Shown piece after piece: positions 40,801 to 53,261 of a stretch of 62,435 nucleotides of DNA (position 1 is the first letter of the stretch; each line of letters begins with the position of its first letter). The stretch covers positions 6,262,001 to 6,324,435 of the forward strand of contig OZ116698.1 of the NCBI GenBank assembly GCA_964199315.1, written 5' to 3'. Under the pieces are notes generated by a model, which saw nothing but the letters and a program-made list of their open reading frames with translations, had not been told where the DNA came from and did not search any database. Both the position numbers and the translations under genes were made by a program. This stretch comes from Orbicella franksi. Lineage: Eukaryota.

Positions 40801-43098
40801 CAATATCTCAATATACAATCGGTTTTAGTTATTACTGTAAAAATACTAGTAAAAGAGTGCTTTTGGCCAGAAAACCAATACAGAACACGGGTCTGACGAT
40901 AGCATCCTGCTACACAGTCCATATGCTCTACCACAGCCATCAACCACACCTATAAAATCTACAACTGGTTGCAAGGTTAGATTTTTACTATTTTGTATGC
41001 CTTCACATAAACATGTTTAAACAACGCAAGTTGTATCAGGGGAAAGTAAATGAATTAACATTCATTGGTGAAGAGGAACGGACAATAGACGAAGGCCTAT
41101 TTCACGTAACCCAATCATTAATTTAAGTCCAAGTGTTTGGGATACATAACTGACTTTATGTAGCTAAGGTATATTTTAATATGTAAATAGTGTCCCCAAA
41201 TAGTCATTTTAAGCTATATACCGTTGACACTGAAATGAAGTCGTTCATTCATTCATTCATTCATTCATTCATTCATTCATTCATTCATTCATTCATTCAT
41301 TCATTCAATTAAAGACACCTAATATAACCGTTTCGATAACGAAGACTTGTAAAACTGGAAGTTGAAACCAAAGGAAAGCAAGACGCTGTCTATAATTATT
41401 TTTACTATTCGTCTGAATGCGTAGGACTTTGGATAATAGAAATACATGAATGATCACTTCTTCACTTGCACATGTTCACTTGGACTTTGAAAATATTTGT
41501 AAAATCGCGAATAAATGCCAAAACATTGCATATCTATCTGGAAATTGAACACCTTTATGCCTAAAAGCCTAAAGGTCAAGGTTAGAAATCGAGCCCAAAA
41601 GTAAAGGCAGATATTCCAAGGGCGTTATGGTATACCTCACCCAATAAGCTATTGTGAACTTGCCTTATTATCATTGTATGAATTTCAGGTCAGTCTCGGC
41701 AACCAGGTGGGATTTGTTAAATAAGTTTTTCAGGTCCAGTTGCAATATTTTTTCTCGATTTATAGTGTACCAAATTAGCACGGGAGTACTGAAAAGCATG
41801 ACACGAAAAACAGTTTAGTTACATCTCTCTCCACTTTTTTTTCTTTTTTTTTTTAGCAAATGTCATTACACGTTCCCGCAGTCTAAAAACGGTATAACAC
41901 TACAGCTTGTACAATAGTAGTACTTCATTTATACCAGAAGGCAAAGGTGGCAATGTAGAAATCACGTAGATATGTTGAAAACAAAGCGCAAGAATGATAA
42001 TTCCAAATGAACCTGTTTTCATTGGTCTTGCAACGTATCTGGACATAAAGAACCCCCGCTGGGACTCCCATGTAAAAAGGAGGGGTGCAGGTCGGAAATT
42101 TTGAAAGGAAGCCCTAAGAGGCACCAAAATCCTGTTTTGTAAGCGTGGCATTAAGTCTTTTTCAACCCCCCGGGTTCAACTCTAAGAGGCACTAATTCAA
42201 AAGAACACATTATCCCCCATTATACGTTTTTCTTTTCGTCTCAATACTCTAAAAGGTACCCCAAAAGCTCCATCTTTTGAGGATGAAGACCCTAAGAGGT
42301 TCCAAAACCGAGTTCGTATACAGTATTTATTTTATATGGGAGTCCACCTCCCCCAGGGATGAGACCATATGGCGTGACACCAGTGTGAACGACACAGATC
42401 AAATTTTTAGTAGAAGAGCCAGAAGCCGAGAGGTTTATCGCGATAAGGTAAAAAAAAGGAAAAACAAAAAAAAGAAGCTGTGAAAACCATGGTGAGAGGA
42501 TTTTGAGCGATTAGGTCAAAAGGCCAGAGTCATCAGAGTTTCAATCTTAGCAGACACGCTGAAAGGAAATGACGCCATAGATGGCGCTAACGCAGCTGAA
42601 GCGAATATTTCTTCGTCCATAGACGCTGTTGAGCAGAATTGCGTTCATCCTTTCCATTTGGTGAATTCTAGAACAAGGCAGTCAGTATTTTGACTGGTGT
42701 TTTGTAGACAGGTAACCATAACGGCATAACAAAAAGAGATGACTGTGCTAAATCTCAAATTGTGTAAAATCTGTTGCACACGTAGGAAGGAATTTCTTAC
42801 CTCGTTTGACGCAACTGTAGCCGCAATCCCCATCACACACACAGTCTCTGTTACCTTTGCAGTCATCCTGAGCGGGATCACAGGGTTTCGAGCAAACTTT
42901 GGGCTGGCGATTTGTACGAGTGCAGTTCTGACATCGAATGCCTAACAACAAATGTCAATGCAGCAAGTTACATTACGAGAGCTCATGATTGCAGCATAGT
43001 AATTTAAGCGTCCCATTATGTTAAACTTAAGATCATGAATTCGTAACCCAGTTACCTTGAACAGCGAAAAAGGCAAGAATAACCACTGCGTATTTCAT
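31836..43098 (-). CDS. Gene B: secreted WAP-CCP2-WAP-CCP9-F5/8C(discoidin)-tandem Tudor/SH3-like protein, about 1007 aa, 16 exons
   Basis: Exons 43056-43098 (signal MKYAVVILAFFAVQ, aaaacaATG context), 42801-42941 (WAP-like), 40602-40769, 40122-40421 (CCP+WAP), 39513-39683, 39062-39256, 38010-38189, 37270-37443, 36731-36910, 36027-36206, 35317-35484, 34494-34673, 34016-34183 (CCPs), 33105-33388 and 32503-32641 (CGTGFPLGMES...CLRAEVYGC = F5/8C), 31836-32188 (terminal). Lengths sum to 3024 nt in frame. Confidence 0.9.
38225..38790 (+). mobile_element. Decayed Penelope-like element 3' fragment (GIY-YIG endonuclease) in a gene B intron
   Basis: Translates GAIYSIPCQGCDKSYIGETKRKFSTRLREHQKAV...SALAEHC, then a frameshift/stop, then EAWEMN...LNRGDGMHLP; followed by a taatgaaggctgaag...ccgaaa tail. 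Confidence 0.85.
39770..40085 (+). mobile_element. Degenerate tRNA-derived SINE
   Basis: A-box-like gtagctccgtagttagagcgtcc and a B-box-like gagttcgacctccgtcggg unit. Confidence 0.5.
41244..41306. repeat. (TTCA)n microsatellite
   Basis: Seen directly. Confidence 0.95.
42050..42355. repeat. Dispersed repeat related to 13598-14120
   Basis: Shared subsequences in opposite orientation. Confidence 0.5.
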
Positions 43099-44155
43099 TG
43101 TTTTAAAAACGCAACTCGTTACGACTGTGTGAAACTCACACAGGAAGTTTTATACCCGAGACGTCGTGGGTGCTACTGGCAAAGCATCAAGTTTCCCCCT
43201 GGCAATACGTCATATGATTGATGGCGTTCTTGTTGTTGTGAGACGGCGCTGAATCATTACTGTACTTGAGACGATGATCATCGTCTCTTGTTACTGTGCT
43301 ATTTTGATGTATTAATTTTTTCTTCTGCATGCTTTTCATCTAAAAACGTGGGAGCTTTCGGTTTTACTTTGTCGGCTTAGCACTGAGTGAGAGAGAAAAT
43401 GTTTGCAACAGTGATAGCATAGAGCCTATTATTGGTCTTTAGCCACGTAGAGGATCCTGAGCAATCCAACCTTTCTAAGCTAAAGCTATTCACCAGTACC
43501 CAGTGAGTAAGCTCTCTAACAAGTCACGGGTGGAGGGTACAAAGCTGTCTTTTTCCTCTCTCCCTATCTCTGTCAGACCATTTCACTACAGCTGGATGAA
43601 GGGAACAAAAGGGAGGGTGGGTCGCCGAGCGTTTGTGCATCAAACGTGAGAATGTGCTTCAGCGTTCAAAAAAAAAAAAGGGAAAAAAATTGGACAAATG
43701 AGAAAAGTCGGACGGGAACGTGATGATCTTCACGCAGATCCAGTTGAACCCGATAAATTCTACACCTATTTTGACTATCAGGTATCGTCTAAGTCAAGTT
43801 GTTTGTCCACGGGATATGATAACAAAAGCTTCCACATTCAATAAAGATCACTCAATGAACGCACAATAACACTTGATTATATATAGGTAATCATGTTATG
43901 TTGAAGCAATCCAATGATTTCGAATTTCATTTAAAATGTCTTTTTCAATTCCTTTAAATTATATCTTTTACTTTCTAACCGCTAAAGAACACCACAGCCC
44001 TGAGGATTTAACTAAAAATGAATTCTAATTAACTCCGACTACTCGCGATCATCTGGCTTGCCAAGGCTAGCCTCCATACTTCCGCTTAAGCTGAAAGGAA
44101 AGTTTCCCAATCTGGGCGTCAATAATTTTACTTCGACTGAAATGTGATTCGGAAC

Positions 44156-47100
44156 ATGGCGGCCATTAGCACGATACACATTGTTGTTCTTTCCTGTCTC
44201 CTTCTGTCGTCTGTAAGAGGTAAGAAGTACCAACTAAATTAATGGGAAAATTCTACTGTCATTCCGCGGTTGATAAATGAGTCATAACGACCTGAGGGCA
44301 GAAATATCAAGATATAACATTCCTTTGACTACTTGCTGAAGCAGACGCCACTCCTTGGAAACTGAAAAACCCTAAATAATAAGTGGAAGACAAAACAGTT
44401 TGTAAGTGATTGTAAGCCACAGAAACAGTTGATCGTACAGAGACCTACAGGACACTAGAATGAACACGAACTTGGTTGTTGCCATCAAACGAAGGTCAAT
44501 GCATGCGTCTCTCTGTGAAATATATAATTTGCAAGACTAATTTAGAGCAAAGTGAAAGGAAAAATAACGTTGGAAACAAGGCATTGGCTAAACGGAACTC
44601 AATCAGTGCCAGGCATAATATAATTTTCGACCTTTTTAAATTCTTATTGGCCTCGAATTTCGTAGCACAGCAGTGTGGTTTGTGGCAGTTTTCCCGTGAG
44701 TCGATCGCGTTGTTTATATAAGCCCCGGTGAGGGTGAGGGCTGGGGAAAGAAGGAAGTACACTGTGTCAAGAGATGGTGATCTAGATCACAGTCTCTTGA
44801 CTCTGTATGTTACACTGACAGGATACTACACAGACCACTGAGAGTTAAAATCGTGCTTTGGTAGTATACTAAGAGACTTATTTTCAGCCAAAATTTGCTA
44901 AATAACCGGTAAACTACCGCTTTATAAGTCCCCCCCCCCCCCACCCCCTTCCCCTGGTCATTGGCCCAGCTGCCTGTAAACCGAAACAAACCCGCTCTCT
45001 AGCTTTCCTTGTTTTGAATGCTATAATGTTTTACAGCTTAATTAACAGTATATGTGAAAACATTTTTGGTCAACATGTGCAGCTATAGCTTGTTTCGAAA
45101 CGGTTTTTTATTCCGGTTATAAGCCCATCGAAAAGCCCTTACGAAGTTGGATAAGCCCAATGCTTATAAGCGGTAGTCTAAGTTAGTTTAATTGTGTAGC
45201 TAAGGTTTAATTTTGCGTATGTGTAGGGTAGGGTATGTTTCGTACATTCCAATAAATTGAGCCACGATAGACATAAACTAATTTGCCACAGTGTGTGCTA
45301 CAGTATTTAACTCTAGTTCGGACACACCTATCCACTTACAATACAAAAATACACTGTACACTGTTATTTCTCAAGGGTAAAAATACTTACTCTGCGTCCC
45401 CAGAAATGAATTGTGGTGCCTTCGAAATGTTTTCTCTATTAGTTTTCGCCGAACATGGCTATCACGGTCATATTTAAATCCTACCTCCGGGTGCAAATTA
45501 TGCGATTGGAATAGTCCGCCATATTGGAATAGCCGACAATTTACGAAAATAGTCCAGTTTCGAGTCCACCATGATCGCTGAATAAAAGCACTGGGAACGT
45601 ATTTGCACAGGGTTAGCCTCGACCTAAAAAATATTCACAAATACCGGTGGGAACAGTGCCACAAATTTGAAAATTAAACAATACACAGAGCTGTAAACAG
45701 GTCATCTTCTCGCTGGAATTTGTGAATATTTAACTTTAGATCGAAGCTAATCCTGTACAAATGCGTTCTCAGTGCTTTTAATTAGCGGTCATGGCGAACT
45801 CGAAACTGGACTATTGCTTGACTCGGAAACTCGCTCCCAGGACTTCTCCGTTGCCCTTCTGGGCCGTGCCTACCCCTCATTACTCCCGTTCTAAACAGAA
45901 AATTACCTGAAACTCTTACACAATAACTGGCGCCAAGTAAATGTAGAAACACAGCAGGAAATAGAACATTACTTTTAGCCCTTCCAGAGACAATAAAAGC
46001 AAAATTAATGTAATTAGTAAAACAAGAGGTAAAGAAACAATGTAAAATTTATTGACGCTTTTAGGGTAATATGGCTAAAGTCATTTTTCTTACATAGTTA
46101 TACTGATTCGTGGTCCCATATCACGCCTTGCAGGGGATGTTTGCGGAGACCCGCCAAAAATTAACAACGGTAAAGTACAGACTGAGTCGAAAACGGGCAA
46201 CGTCACGGCTTTTTACACCTGTGACAAAGGGTTTGTCAAAGTTGGTGAAGAAAAAATTGCTTGTCTTTCATCTGGTAAATGGAAGAAAGCCACGATCAAA
46301 TGTGGTAGGTAGCAACACAGCTTGTGGCGTATTTCAAGTGGTAAACAATACTTTTTTTTTTCCACAACGTTGTCCAAATACTTCATTGAGGTGAACAGCG
46401 GCTTTTGTTCCTTTTTGTGAGCCAATAGTGTTTTCGTGGTTCCTTATGTATTAGCCTTACCTTATAGGGAACTCGCCGCCTGCCTATTTGTCACAGGGAT
46501 GGAGAGATACATCGTTTGGACATATTGACATATGTTCTATTGCTTCGTAAGGATTTTTTTCTATTATCATTTCACTTAGTTGCAGTCTGTCCTTTACCAC
46601 CCATTCCACCACATGCGTTCATTAAAAGGCCAAGATCACAATATCTCGAGGGAGACTGGGTATTCTACGCCTGTAGACCAGGATATCGACCTCTGGATGG
46701 ATTGGTCTTTAATCGGTGCTTACGAGGAACGTGGAAGAAAGTGACATTCAAGTGTGTTGGTAAGCGTGTGCACTAAATATGTCCACTTGAGAGTACCCAG
46801 AATTTTATCTCCCTGGCAGTAGTGCACCATCTAGGCAACCCAGCAGCGGTTTAAGTTAGCAAGTAATCCTATATAATTCTCATTCTTAAATCTTAAACCT
46901 ATAGTAAACAAGCAAACTCAAGCCCCTCTCCGTGTTTTGACAGGGATGGGGGTTGATTGAGATGCCTTCGGGTTTTCGTTGACATTAAAACTGTCCACGT
47001 AATGAGCTGCTTTTGTTGATCATGAAGAGACGTCCGCTATCTTGGATCCGCCATCTTGAATTCGACAATTTTTGATTTCACCATTTTTTCACAAGTCAGA

Positions 47101-48587
47101 AAATAAGTAAACGAAATTGGTGGGAAATTGATCCAAAATGATAACAGAATTTAAATAGGTACTTATTTTGCAATGCTACTCAAGCGGATAATCCTCGTTC
47201 TAAAGTTCTGATAAAAAACCTTTAGAGGGTTGAACTGGCATCCATCTCCACCCCTTTTGTACACCGCAAGGTTAATCGAAACATGCTACACTGTTATCTT
47301 CTTCCATAACATTTAATACTCCCTCCTTAACTTCATTCGTTTCCTTTCTTTCTTGTCTAAATATTCCAAGGATATCGCAGTTTTCTAAAAAGAATTAACC
47401 ATAACTTTTAAGGAGACTTGATTCCCCTGCACCTAACAGCTCGATTGTAAGGACCGGCGTTTAAATGTTTTGAGTCACTCGAACTAGCTGATATCTCTTT
47501 CTAGTGTCCAAGGAATGCAAAAGGCCAGAGGATCCCAAAAATGGTGAAAAATTCGGTAGTGATTTCTCTGTTGGCAAAAGAGTGAGGTATACCTGTGATA
47601 CTGGCTTTGTTCTTCAAGGAGCTTCAGAAATCAAATGTTTGAATAATCGAACGTGGAGTGGCGGAGCGCCATCTTGCAAAGGTAAACACAAGATCCACGG
47701 CTCTGCACAGACGTGCACACACACACACACACTTTACTTCTCCAATTCATTAATAATTCACCACATTTCCAAACACCTCGAGGTTAGCCAAAAATATTTT
47801 CCTACGTGTCGTATTTTCAAATCTATTCTCGGTTTTTGGAAATGTGGTAAAACATGGTCTTTCTTGTTTGATATATTACATATAGGGAGCTTTCAGCAGC
47901 ATGTTTGCAAATAAATGCCAAAACTCCTTCGAGGATTTTTTCTGCTCTACTCCTTTATTTCGAATGCTAATGGAAAGATCGTGATGGTTGGTCAATTTCT
48001 CCCCGCCCCGATTCTCCCGTCGATTTGCTAGAGATGAAGGCTTAGGGATCACGCTTTGTTTCAAAGAAGCGATGAATGATAGCTAAGTTTAAATGATGTC
48101 ATTATTCTCTACGCAAGTGGTAGTTATTCCCTTTGTTAGTTGTTGACTGTGGAAGCCTACCAGATCCTGTCCATGGAAGGAAAATCAAGGAAACGAAAAC
48201 TACGTTTGGAGGCAGAGCTGATTTCATTTGTAAGAAGAGAGGGTATTCTTTGATCGGGAAGAAGAGCCGATTATGTCAAGCTAGCGGTGCATGGAGCGGC
48301 AAGCCAGTGGTTTGTAAAGGTGTATAATTAAAGCTAATTAACACGTTTTTTTGGTAAGGACATAGTTAGTTCCCTCTGGTAACTATGGTTAGGGTGGTTG
48401 TGATTATGTTCAATACAAATTATGTTAAGAACGAGTAGTGCACGAAGAATCTCTGATAATTTCCGGTGTTAGTTAGTTTGTTTAGTCAACTGTTTGTTGA
48501 TAATTTTCCGCCGATTTTTCTTTCTTTCTTTCTTTTTTTTTATCTTGATTGCAGGGACTGTTGATGTTGTTCGTTTCATCGTTATTG

Positions 48588-48634
<47 letters not shown>

Positions 48635-51403
48635 GATGAAAGATTCGCACAGCTATTGATGATATTGAAGCTGGTTTCGTCATTGGCTCCGGGCAACAAC
48701 AAGTTGCCTAAGGAAGCCAAGAAACACCCCTTGTTTGCTTTTTCTCTTCTTTCTACATCTCCAGCACCTTTCTAAGAATTCTTGCCGACCCCAACAATGC
48801 ACATCTCTGGATCAGTCCAACAGGAATGCCNNNNNNNNNNNNNNNNNNNNNNNNNNNNNNNNNNNNNNNNNNNNNNNNNNNNNNNNNNNNNNNNNNNNNN
48901 NNNNNNNNNNNNNNNNNNNNNNNNNNNNNNNNNNNNNNNNNNNNNNNNNNNNNNNNNNNTTGTCCCTCAAGCAAAACAGGCGGAGAATGTAAGTTGTGGC
49001 CAAAAGTTTATTTTACAAAACAAAGCCTAGTTCAAACAAAATTCTTCAAACGCCAGTTTAGCGTCATCCATCATTCATATCATTTTTGTACATGGCTACT
49101 TCTCTTAGTAGCTGTATATAGATATTCTTAGTCACTAAATATTCCTTTCTGCTGATTCCATGTGTAGCCCCTTGTGGTGATCCTGGGAAACCAGTTGGTG
49201 GACGACGAATTGGAAAGAGCTTCAGGCATGGAAAAAAAGTGAGATTCAGCTGTATGGAATCTCTGAAGATTCAAGGACCAAAAAGAATTATTTGTTTTGA
49301 TGGAGTTTGGAGTGACAAGAAACCTATGTGCCTGCCCCCTTCGCAAGTAAAAGGTAAACGAACGTTTCCAATTTGAATGTATGAAAGATCGAAAATATAT
49401 ATCCCACAAGCGCATTAAATTCTTGTTTCTTACTTGGCCCTCTCCTTTCTTGAAACTTAGGTCTGCATCCAGGCCAAATAGTCCATCAGGCCAGCGCTCA
49501 TTTGACTTGTCTCTTTGATCTTAACATGAGTAAGAAGTACTGAAGAAACCCTTATTTTTAGATTATTCAGAGTGCGGTATGCGGAGTAAAATTCGCCTTT
49601 CTCGAATGGTTGGTGGTGTTCCAAGTACTCATGGAATGTGGCCCTGGCAAGCTGGACTGTATAGACTTGATCAAAAGACCGGTGAGATTAATTAAATGTG
49701 TTTCTCATAATCAAATAGAAATGAAGGCATTTTAAAGTACTCGAACTTTAAATATATAATCCCAACCTCCTCTCTCTTGGATCGTAAGGATTACACAAAA
49801 CATCTGAACGCATACAAGTGTATAAAAGTGTTCGCTTTCTTTCGCTGATTCTAACTCCGTTCTCAGCCAATTAATGCAACGTAGTTCAGTTATCAAAACC
49901 CTTTTAGAATCGATGCAAAAAAATGGTCTAGAAGCGAACTTGCCATGAGAGATTACCTTCTTATTTAATATTTACTGTGAAAATGTAGAAACCTCTGCCT
50001 CTCCCATAAATCACCGACGGAGCGAGACTAGCAAGAAACAAAAAACAAAATTTTCCCGGATTATTTTTCCCATCCTCGATCTGCATGGCAGGCTAGTAGA
50101 CTGCTCGGAGGACATTGCCCTTCAGGGATGGTTTGTTGGTCTGTTATTGTTGTTATTCTTTTTCATGTGTCACGTCCAGGCGAAAAACAGTTTCTTTGTG
50201 GTGCAGCGCTGATTGAGCGACAGTGGATTATCACTGCAGCACACTGCTTTATGTACAGACACACAGAAGATCAAGTCAGACGCCCTCTTACATCTCCACC
50301 AGAAATGTAAGTCAGGTTGTTCGCTTAATAGAAAGGTTAACCACCTTCCAACTTCAGCAGAGCTATACTACTTAGCCACCTGTAGCAGTGACTAATATTG
50401 ACCAATGAAGCCACAGAAAACTTCTATGGTGGAGTTGAGTTTGAAATATCTAGAACCACTATGCATGTACGTGCGTACTTTTGTGCAGCACCGTAATTGT
50501 AATTTTGAGTCCCTATTTGAGGGATGTTTTTATTTACTTATGTTTTTCTTACTCCAATTGACGATTTCAATAGAGAAGTGTTAAAATAACGTGCAGTGAA
50601 AGGAGAGGGGAAAGGGCAAAATGTAGTGAACTAATTACAGTGTATATGCCCTTTAATTAGATACGTTCATATTAGGATAAAAATAAAATTAGTATAAGAG
50701 AGGAAAGAGTAAACAAGAAGTAAATAAATAGTCTATGTAAATGGGTTATTTATTCTTATATTTTAGTGTTCTTTGTTATGCTGTCTTCTTCAGGTATAAG
50801 ATCATGGTTGGCGACAGTATGCGCGACATAGAAGAGGACTCAGAGCGTACATTCTTCGCGACTAAAATAATAATGCACCCTGGATACCATGACCACTTCA
50901 AAGAGAATGACATTGCTTTGGTCAAGTTATCCACCAAAGCGACACTTACACGGAATGTAAGGAAAGTTTGTCTCCCAGAGTCGGCCAACAGCTCGACACG
51001 TTGCGATAGCGTAACCCCTGGAAGTCAAGGGTTTGTTGGAGGCTGGGGAGCGACACAAGTGTTAAGCCCAGGAGAGACCGTAAACTCTGAAAACTCGTCA
51101 TCTACGGTGTTAAAGTACGCTAAGTTCAAAATTCAGGACGCAGAGCTGTGCCGCAACTCTACTGACTACCACTTTAACGAGTCTCTAAATTTCTGCGCGG
51201 GAGGCGATAAACATGGCGTCGGTCCATGTACGGGCGACAGTGGAGGTCCATTCGTCATGAATATGTTCCAGGGCGGCGCATGGAAATGGGTTGCTGTAGG
51301 CCTCGTTAGCTGGGGGGAGGGGTGTGGCATCCAAGGTCGATATACATTTTACACTAAGCTAGCAACTTATGTAGACTGGATTAACAAGCACACCAGGAGA
51401 TGA
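44156..51403 (+). CDS. Gene C: secreted 5x CCP + trypsin-fold serine protease (MASP/C1r-s/factor B/factor C-like, no vWA or CUB exon seen), about 604 aa
   Basis: Exons 44156-44219 (signal MAAISTIHIVVLSCLLLSSVR), 46134-46304 (alternative acceptor 46098), 46580-46759, 47505-47681, 48140-48319, 49168-49353 (CCPs), 49562-49681 (ECG..LSR|MVGG..WPWQ), 50180-50306 (LCGAALI..WIITAAHC), 50794-51403 (ENDIAL, GDSGGP, stop). Lengths sum to 1815 nt in frame. Confidence 0.92.
44913..45177. mobile_element. MITE-like element
   Basis: Termini ACTACCGCTTTATAAG ... CTTATAAGCGGTAGT with internal TATAAGCCC subrepeats. Confidence 0.55.
45548..45815. mobile_element. Foldback/MITE with about 100-bp imperfect inverted arms
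   Basis: AATAGTCCAGTTTCGAG...AATATTCACAAAT arm mirrored by ATTTGTGAATATT...CTCGAAACTGGACTATT. Confidence 0.7.
48591..48830 (-). mobile_element. 3' end of an R4/Dong-like non-LTR retrotransposon ending in (TAA)n
   Basis: Minus-strand GIPVGLIQRCALLGSARILRKVLEM* (stop at 48753), about 120-nt 3' UTR, then about 14 TAA units; the upstream part is in the N gap. Confidence 0.6.
48831..48959. other. Assembly gap (N run)
   Basis: Run of N. Confidence 0.99.
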
Positions 51404-53261
51404 GATCAACGTAAAACTAAATAAAATTGATAATAATAACATAAAAATGAAAGCGTCAAGAAGTGGATCACGCACTTTGCCATACCATTTGATATTAAGT
51501 GAGAACGCGATGTAAAGCAAAATATCAAGTCATGAAGTCAGGGAAACTTAGTAAGGTTTCATGGCTAATTGAAACTTTCCTCCAGGTAAAAGGCATTAAC
51601 AAAAGTGAATGCTCTTAAACAAAAGAAGTCATATTAATTCCCCATGAGGCAACAAAAGAAAGAAAAAACAGTGGTCAGATGGCAAAGTTACATAATGGCG
51701 CGATAGTGACTCGTCTTTTACACAACTTTCTTCTCTTGTGTATTATCCTAGACAAAAGAGGCTGTTGTTAACTGACAAAAAATCTTTTATTAACTGACAA
51801 AAACAAAACAAAAATGCAACATATCCTGATCAGCCAAGTTTTTACAAACAAAAGAGTTCTATCGACGTTGAGTAAAGAATATAGTTACATTGCTCTCGCT
51901 CTTTTAACTGACCTAATTTAAAGACAAAAGAAAATATATAAATTAACGTCTACTATTAAAGGTATAGCAGAAGCATCATTATATTCCTTGCTTTATTTGT
52001 CCGCTAACAAATCCACACATTTGTGCCTAAACGACGATGACCATTACATTAACGTTATAAATTGGCAAATCGATAATACAAAGCAGCCAGAATGGCTACA
52101 ACGTAAAAAATAAAACAACAACGAAAAGGTTATCGCCTCGCAAACCTGCTCTGTTTTGCGCATAGAAAGCATATGCCTGTGTGTTAATCTCCTTGAGGAT
52201 AACATCGCAGCATATTTGTACCATATCAAGTTTATTTGAGAAATGATAACTCGTCGTAGTTTTTGATGGAAATAAAAAAAGGTGCAATGATGGTGGACTG
52301 AAGTTGGCCCTAAGAAACGTGCGTCGCATGAAGCAACCCCTTACCTAAAACACAAAACTCATCAAAATGAGCCATCACTGAAACTTTTAAATATATATAT
52401 AAAAAATAAAGACACAATAGGATCAATGCTGGAAAAAAAAAAAAAAAGATTTTCAAACCACGCTCGTACGTTCGCCGTCTTCTATAGTTGAGGGGGTGGG
52501 GGGGAGGAGGGACTTCAAGCAAGGACGACTGCGATCCCAGCGACGATGCCTAGTAAAAAATAGATTGATATCTTAACTTCGAACGTAACTATCTGAATCT
52601 GGTCAGTACGCCAATCGATCTGACAACTTGCCCAAACTAAATATGTAATGCCAGCGATCAATTCCAAAAAAGAATAGAAAAAGTTTGCCGTCGTGGCCTA
52701 CGTTCTCCAAAATACGCAGAACTTGGTCATTTCACGATGCTAAGGAGTTTAAGGAACCAGGACACGACGCCGAGGACATCGCCGATTATGTACCAATGTA
52801 CCAAGAATTATAACGCACATACACAGCCATTGTTCTGCTCGTTAAACATTTTGTTTAGCGATGTTCCCGTTGCTGTCGTGGTTTTCTTAAACTCCCGGTT
52901 GTTTTGCAGAGGAAGCTACGAGATGCACAAAGATTTATAACGCACGTGCATAGCCAATGTTCTGCTTAGTAAACCTTTTGTTTAGTGACATGTTCGTTGC
53001 CGTTGCCGTCGTGGTTGGCTTAAGTTCCCTAAATGTCGTCAGTTTCCGGAAATTAAGTTTTTGATACCATGCAACTCCTAGATAGAAAAAAAAAAAAACG
53101 AAAAAAAGAAACTTCACAGCAGATTATCAAACACAGCTAGGCAAAGGGAATCTTAAAACCAGTGTCTAGGACTCGGGTAACTAACTTCTTGTGTTGTTAA
53201 TTTGAAGAGACAAAGAGACACTAGTTTCGTCGACATAGTAACCGTTGTGAGGCGTTAATAT

